This document shows positions 14,370 to 18,475 of a DNA stretch of 18,475 nt, piece after piece (position 1 is the first letter of the stretch; every line of letters starts with the position of its first letter). The stretch is from a virus. Lineage: Duplodnaviria > Heunggongvirae > Uroviricota > Caudoviricetes. The notes beneath the pieces were generated by a model. It worked only from the letters and a program-made list of their open reading frames with translations. It had not been told where the DNA came from and ran no database searches. The DNA lies in IMG/VR virus record IMGVR_UViG_3300022916_000894, one strand, 5' to 3'. Both the position numbers and the translations under genes were made by a program.

Positions 14370-15152
14370 CTACTTACTTTTGTTTCTGCGTTTAAATTTC
14401 TTTCTGTCTATTTCATCACCATATTTTTCCAGCACTTCTTTGCCTTTATTTTTGATACGCGAAAGTGCGTTATCTACAGATTTAACAAGGCTTTTTACTG
14501 GTCTTTTTTTCTTGCTTCTGCTATTCATTATGTCTGCTATTTCATTATATGAATATTTTAGACTATATAGTTTTAATACTTCCTGTTCAAATGGAGAAAG
14601 ACGTTTGTACAGTTGATTCATAAACAATACAAAGTATTCTCTTTTTTTAAGTGCTTCCACTACATCCCCATCCGTAGTGGAAATAATATCTGAAAGAAAT
14701 AAATTCTCTTCAGACTTTGCGGCACAACTGCGATCTCTATCAAGGCTTGCGGCTGTATTCAGTGTATAACTTTTATTTTGATAACTTGCCTTTAGCTGTG
14801 TGGCAAGATGCCTTCGCATACACAACATTGCGAATTTATCAAATGGTGACAGTTCATGTCTTTCACTTCTGGAAGAATCGTAATCTTTAATTGCTTTATA
14901 TCGTAATGCAAATAAAGCCTCCTGCTCTATATCTTGTTTTGTACATCCTGGTATATGAAACTTATATACTAACTGATTTATTTTTTTCTGCATTATTTCG
15001 ACAATCTGGTTAAAAGCGATATTAATTCTTTCTTTTTTCCTAGATCGTCTTACTGTATTAACTAACTTAATAAGAAGTAAAACTTGCTTTTTCTTCTTTT
15101 CTTCTTCTTTAGCCGTAGTCGCCTTGACCAGAAACTTTCTTAATCTGGCCAT
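14370..15152 (-). CDS. Sigma-70 family sigma factor, SigH (Spo0H)-like
   Basis: PG...QDIEQEA...KAIKDYD, F..FA.LC+.R.+.T.+K, LN...SLD, LSPFEQEVL.LY..K.SY.EIA and VKSVDNALSRIK track B. subtilis sigma-H motifs. The start is ATG 15152 or TTG 15158. Confidence 0.85.
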   Translation of the reverse strand: MARLRKFLVKATTAKEEEKKKKQVLLLIKLVNTVRRSRKKERINIAFNQIVEIMQKKINQLVYKFHIPGCTKQDIEQEALFALRYKAIKDYDSSRSERHELSPFDKFAMLCMRRHLATQLKASYQNKSYTLNTAASLDRDRSCAAKSEENLFLSDIISTTDGDVVEALKKREYFVLFMNQLYKRLSPFEQEVLKLYSLKYSYNEIADIMNSRSKKKRPVKSLVKSVDNALSRIKNKGKEVLEKYGDEIDRKKFKRRNKSK

Positions 15153-15174
15153 TTTCAATAACCCCTTTCGTATC

Positions 15175-15211
15175 TAAGAGTTAGATTTACGGTTAATATT
15201 CCTAACTCTTA
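15175..15211. repeat. Perfect 10-bp inverted repeat with 17-nt spacer upstream of the sigma gene
   Basis: TAAGAGTTAG (15175-15184) and CTAACTCTTA (15202-15211). Confidence 0.8.
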
Positions 15212-15228
15212 TTTCGGATTATTGATAT

Positions 15229-15717
15229 TTATTCGCTAGATTTTTTAGAGTATTTTCGTACTAAATATTGCACACCTGGATTTTCCAATACATCTAAAAC
15301 CTCTCTTTTATCAAGTCCAACACCAAAAGCTACAGAAAATCCACTTTTCAAGAGTTGTTTACGATATTCAAGAGTATCTTCATCAGCGGCTTCAAAATTC
15401 TTTTGTGCAAACTTATCAAATTTCTTTAAATAATCTTCTAGAGAGTCATCTTCATCATATAACGCTTTATACTCTTTTATTACTGCGTCTGCTTCTGATT
15501 GAGAAGGGACATCGAGATTAAACTCTCTTCCTCCAGCGTCCTTGCAACGTTTTTTGTATGTCTCTTCGCAGAATTTTCCACCAGTGAAAATGACTTCTAC
15601 AGTTCCATCTTCCTTCTCAATCAATACTCTCGTGTGGTTAGCATCAGATTTGATTGTTGTAGAAGGACTCATTTCTGCTGGTCCCATATACTGTTCAATA
15701 ATATTTATTGCCTTCAT
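15229..15717 (-). CDS. Hypothetical protein (162 aa)
   Basis: ORF track; AGGGAG SD. Confidence 0.8.
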   Translation of the reverse strand: MKAINIIEQYMGPAEMSPSTTIKSDANHTRVLIEKEDGTVEVIFTGGKFCEETYKKRCKDAGGREFNLDVPSQSEADAVIKEYKALYDEDDSLEDYLKKFDKFAQKNFEAADEDTLEYRKQLLKSGFSVAFGVGLDKREVLDVLENPGVQYLVRKYSKKSSE

Positions 15718-15727
15718 GATTTCTCCC

Positions 15728-16837
15728 TTATTTCTTACTTTTAACTACTTCCATCATTGCACCCACAGAGAAACTTTCCAACAACGCTTGGGCACTTATA
15801 TTGACTTCCAAACCTTTTCTCATTTCTACTATCAATTTAAGAAAATTGTATATCAATGTAGGTTTAGCCTTTTGTGCATGACTTTGCATTTTCTTTAACT
15901 CTTCGTCAGTCAGCCATCCACTCACCGACTCTTCCCCGCCCACAAGATACAACTGTAAATTTCTCAAATAGTTAGTTAGCCCTTGTATCACCTTGCCAGC
16001 GTTGGAACCTTGCACAAGCAATTGATTTGCACCCTTCATAACTTCTGGTGCGTTAACTGACAGAATGTTATGCACAAACTGATAGTACAATGTATTATCA
16101 ATCGCCCCTAAAGCATCACGAGCCATTTCTGTAGTGATTTTTTCTGTACCAGCATAACTTAGAATAGTCTGCAAGTTCTGTAATGCATTTCTACAACTTC
16201 CGTCTGCGAATTGAGCAGCGACTTTAATTGCCCCTTCCTCATAATCCATCTTTTCTTGATTCGCTATATTGATCAGATGCTGATATAGTATGTCCCATTT
16301 TATTTTTCTGAAATTCAATGTGATGCATCTACTAGGAATTGTAGATTTGAATGATTCAGGCTCTGTAGTGCAAAGAAGAAATCTTGCATGATCTGGTGGC
16401 TCTTCAATCATTTTCAATGCAGCATCCGCAGCATAGCCGGTCAACCCATGAGCCTCGTCAATGATAATGTATTTGATCTTGCCATGGATAGGACAGAAAC
16501 CTATTTCATCGTGTAAAGAACGTATATTGTCGACACCACCATTTGATGCGGCATCTAACTCTTTTACGTCAATAAATTTACCTTCGAAGATAGCCTTACA
16601 TGGTTCACACTCTCCACATGGTTCTGTAGTCGGGGCGTTAACACAGTTCTCCATTGCTGCCATGATTCTAGCAATTGAGGTTTTTCCGCAACCGAATAAT
16701 CCTTCGAGAATGTAGGCTCTATGCCAGTTTTTCTCTTTAAACGAATTGATCAAGATGCGTACAACTACATCTTGACCAACGATATCAGACAATTTTTTGG
16801 GACGATACTTAATCGAAAGGGGAACTTTAGATTGCAT
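15728..16837 (-). CDS. dnaX: DNA polymerase III gamma/tau subunit (clamp-loader AAA+ ATPase), gamma-length
   Basis: LSIKYRPKKLSDIVGQ, Walker A GLFGCGKT, Zn site C..PCGECEPC, ELDAASNGGVD, Walker B IIDEAH and SRC motif. Confidence 0.95.
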   Translation of the reverse strand: MQSKVPLSIKYRPKKLSDIVGQDVVVRILINSFKEKNWHRAYILEGLFGCGKTSIARIMAAMENCVNAPTTEPCGECEPCKAIFEGKFIDVKELDAASNGGVDNIRSLHDEIGFCPIHGKIKYIIIDEAHGLTGYAADAALKMIEEPPDHARFLLCTTEPESFKSTIPSRCITLNFRKIKWDILYQHLINIANQEKMDYEEGAIKVAAQFADGSCRNALQNLQTILSYAGTEKITTEMARDALGAIDNTLYYQFVHNILSVNAPEVMKGANQLLVQGSNAGKVIQGLTNYLRNLQLYLVGGEESVSGWLTDEELKKMQSHAQKAKPTLIYNFLKLIVEMRKGLEVNISAQALLESFSVGAMMEVVKSKK

Positions 16838-16848
16838 TATTACTCCAT

Positions 16849-17286
16849 TTATTTCTTCTTATTAATCGTTTTTTCTACTCTTTTTAAAAAAGCCTTCAGA
16901 GAACTTCGTCTAGCACCAGGATTATCAAAATCTGAAGCGTGATCGCCCAATAAATATTGTGTGGCTTTAATTCCATTATCTGCAATTATCTTTGGTGGTT
17001 TTACCAGGTTATCTACGAATAAAGATAAAAGCATTTGCCATTCCAGCATATCATCTTCATTAACTCGTTTACCGAAGCAAAATTTCATTTTAGGCATTTT
17101 GTCTACGGCAAGCTTATAATTTTTTCTCAGTAGATGCCTTCTATCTTTTGGCACCGTTGTTCTGCTCATGCTCATCCACTCGAATACCTCATCATAATCA
17201 TCAGAAATTCCCATCTGTTCTAAAAAATCGCAATGGCAACTCTGCGTTCCATCACCAGCGTAAAGTCCATGTCCACACCATCCCAT
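16849..17286 (-). CDS. Hypothetical protein (145 aa), N-terminus weakly DUF4259-like
   Basis: ORF track. MGWCGHGLYAGD loosely resembles MGAWG.G.F.ND; the family assignment is weak. Confidence 0.65.
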   Translation of the reverse strand: MGWCGHGLYAGDGTQSCHCDFLEQMGISDDYDEVFEWMSMSRTTVPKDRRHLLRKNYKLAVDKMPKMKFCFGKRVNEDDMLEWQMLLSLFVDNLVKPPKIIADNGIKATQYLLGDHASDFDNPGARRSSLKAFLKRVEKTINKKK

Positions 17287-17309
17287 TTTATTTCCCTTTC
17301 TTAGACGCT

Positions 17310-17714
17310 CTACAAAACAGATGCTTTTCCTTCATTAAGATGGTTTGGCAAATCATTTAATTCTTCCGGAAGAAGACCCCTCTCGATCATAGTAGCGGTA
17401 TGAATATAAGCCAATATGTTCCACGCAGCTTGAGCCATGTGTGGTTCATCTCTATAACCTTCTAAATGCTTAAAGATATGTCTAAGCCCGCTATCAATAA
17501 AACGACTTAAAGGGATGCCTTTTTCGAAATTTCGGGCTTTGTATTTGATAGCCCCTTCTTCGAAAACTCTGGCAATAGCGAAAATAGCAGATGCGGGCAA
17601 TAAATCATATCGCCCTTTACCGCCTTGTGTATCTCTCACTGCTCCTGTAGAAAACTCTTGACGTTCCCCCGAATCTTTTAGATTCCTCTCTGCATACGGA
17701 TCATTATCAGCCAT
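17310..17714 (-). CDS. dATP/dGTP diphosphohydrolase-like (DUF5664) protein
   Basis: F.TGAVRD...GKGRYDLLP, A.VFEEGAIKY..RNFEKG, DSGLRH and HMAQAAWN match this phage-common family. Confidence 0.8.
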   Translation of the reverse strand: MADNDPYAERNLKDSGERQEFSTGAVRDTQGGKGRYDLLPASAIFAIARVFEEGAIKYKARNFEKGIPLSRFIDSGLRHIFKHLEGYRDEPHMAQAAWNILAYIHTATMIERGLLPEELNDLPNHLNEGKASVL

Positions 17715-17748
17715 ATTTCATCTCCCACTATGTTAACCTCGATATGTA

Positions 17749-18201
17749 TTACTTGAGAACTTTAACGTAATAGACACCCTTGGTTTGCAATGCTTCGCTT
17801 CCAAGGCTATCTACAGTATCATATTGTCCAACACGCTTCTTGGAAGGAACACTGGCGAAGAAATCTTCACCGTTGTCAGTTCCAACATAGAAACGCATAG
17901 GGGCTGTAACTTCATCAAGAAATACCTTCTTGACACCATCATCGGTGAAGTAATATAGGAAATGCTTCTGTCTTTCCATACCACCATATACAGCCTCATT
18001 GGTTGGGTTGCCATCTTCGTCAAGAACTTCAACGTAGAAAGTTTCCCAATCATTTAGCTTCTCATCCATAGTAAAAGCATTTGCCATATTGTCTTCTGTG
18101 ACTTTTTCACGAGCCAATTTTACAATGCTTTCTATTTCTGTTGTAGTCGATATAATAGATGTCTCGTTATACTCATTTTTTTCAATTAATTGAAATTTCA
18201 T
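17749..18201 (-). CDS. Hypothetical acidic protein (150 aa)
   Basis: ORF track to 18270; ATG 18201 after CAGGAG is preferred. Confidence 0.75.
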   Translation of the reverse strand: MKFQLIEKNEYNETSIISTTTEIESIVKLAREKVTEDNMANAFTMDEKLNDWETFYVEVLDEDGNPTNEAVYGGMERQKHFLYYFTDDGVKKVFLDEVTAPMRFYVGTDNGEDFFASVPSKKRVGQYDTVDSLGSEALQTKGVYYVKVLK

Positions 18202-18214
18202 TTTACACTCCTGT

Positions 18215-18475
18215 TTATAGCGCCCATTCCACATCGTCAGCGAGTGGGTCTGGGCCTTCCTCGTCCTCAAGATAATCTACGCCTAGAGTTCTAATCATGG
18301 GACCAAAACTCTTAAAGTCGAACGGTCTTACTTTGCCTTCTTCATCAGGTATCGCATACAAAATAGTAGCGATAAGCCTATTGCGAATCTTTTCTGGCAT
18401 TTCAGACCAATCTACCAAATATATAATGACGTAGTACGCATAAGGGCAATCTGGTAGAGCATACTCTGGCAACGC
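18215..18475 (-). CDS. C-terminal fragment of a protein resembling putative phage metallopeptidase domains; 5' end outside the window
   Basis: Frame is open to the right edge. YIIYL...W..+...IATILYAI...G.VRPFDFKSF..+I..LG recalls the I.+...W...AL+.HEL.H...HD+EEF..I+.R.G family. Confidence 0.45.
   Translation of the reverse strand, partial: ALPEYALPDCPYAYYVIIYLVDWSEMPEKIRNRLIATILYAIPDEEGKVRPFDFKSFGPMIRTLGVDYLEDEEGPDPLADDVEWAL

Noticed and set aside
17310-17714. Evidence for a 2-aminoadenine (Z) genome from the dATP/dGTP diphosphohydrolase-like gene
   Set aside because: The domain is widespread in ordinary phages and no purZ is in this window.
136-18053. Short ORF-track entries antisense to or nested in supported genes (e.g. 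136..369, 587..799, 618..806, 2653..2859, 5702..6097, 5901..6122, 9957..10406, 15542..15898, 17811..18053)
   Set aside because: These are shadow ORFs overlapping well-supported genes, with no SD or motif support.
1-18475. Alternative genetic code (stop reassignment)
   Set aside because: Recognisable genes are intact under code 11, and TAA, TGA and TAG all occur as stops at sensible ends.

Overview
AT-rich, gene-dense window that looks like part of a very large bacteriophage genome. This is inferred from divergent host-like genes mixed with phage-typical families and many short hypotheticals, and a bacterial origin cannot be excluded. Two minus-strand blocks flank a plus-strand island (about 3700-9240). 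The left block holds a CCA-adding-enzyme-like gene with a 261-aa N-terminal extension (runs off the edge), a Zn-finger/HTH-like protein, a DUF5661-like protein and a RuvC-like resolvase. The right block holds DnaJ, a DUF2997-like protein, HolA, DnaN, ClpP, a SigH-like sigma factor, DnaX and a dATP/dGTP diphosphohydrolase-like protein. The island carries a NIF3-like gene, an ORF-free stretch of about 870 nt packed with structured RNAs, and a Ro60/TROVE (Rsr) gene. The RNA cluster holds four paralogous Y-RNA-like hairpins sharing a Ro-type bulged helix with compensatory changes. One of them is a YrlA-type RNA with a permuted tRNA-like domain. The cluster also contains a non-canonical tRNA-like RNA with a 33-nt insert in a UCG anticodon loop and a further unclassified long-stem element of about 150 nt. 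A permuted copy of the Ro-binding helix sits in the ro60 mRNA leader, suggesting autoregulation. All RNA structures were folded by eye and all protein calls rest on recalled motifs, with no database searches run.
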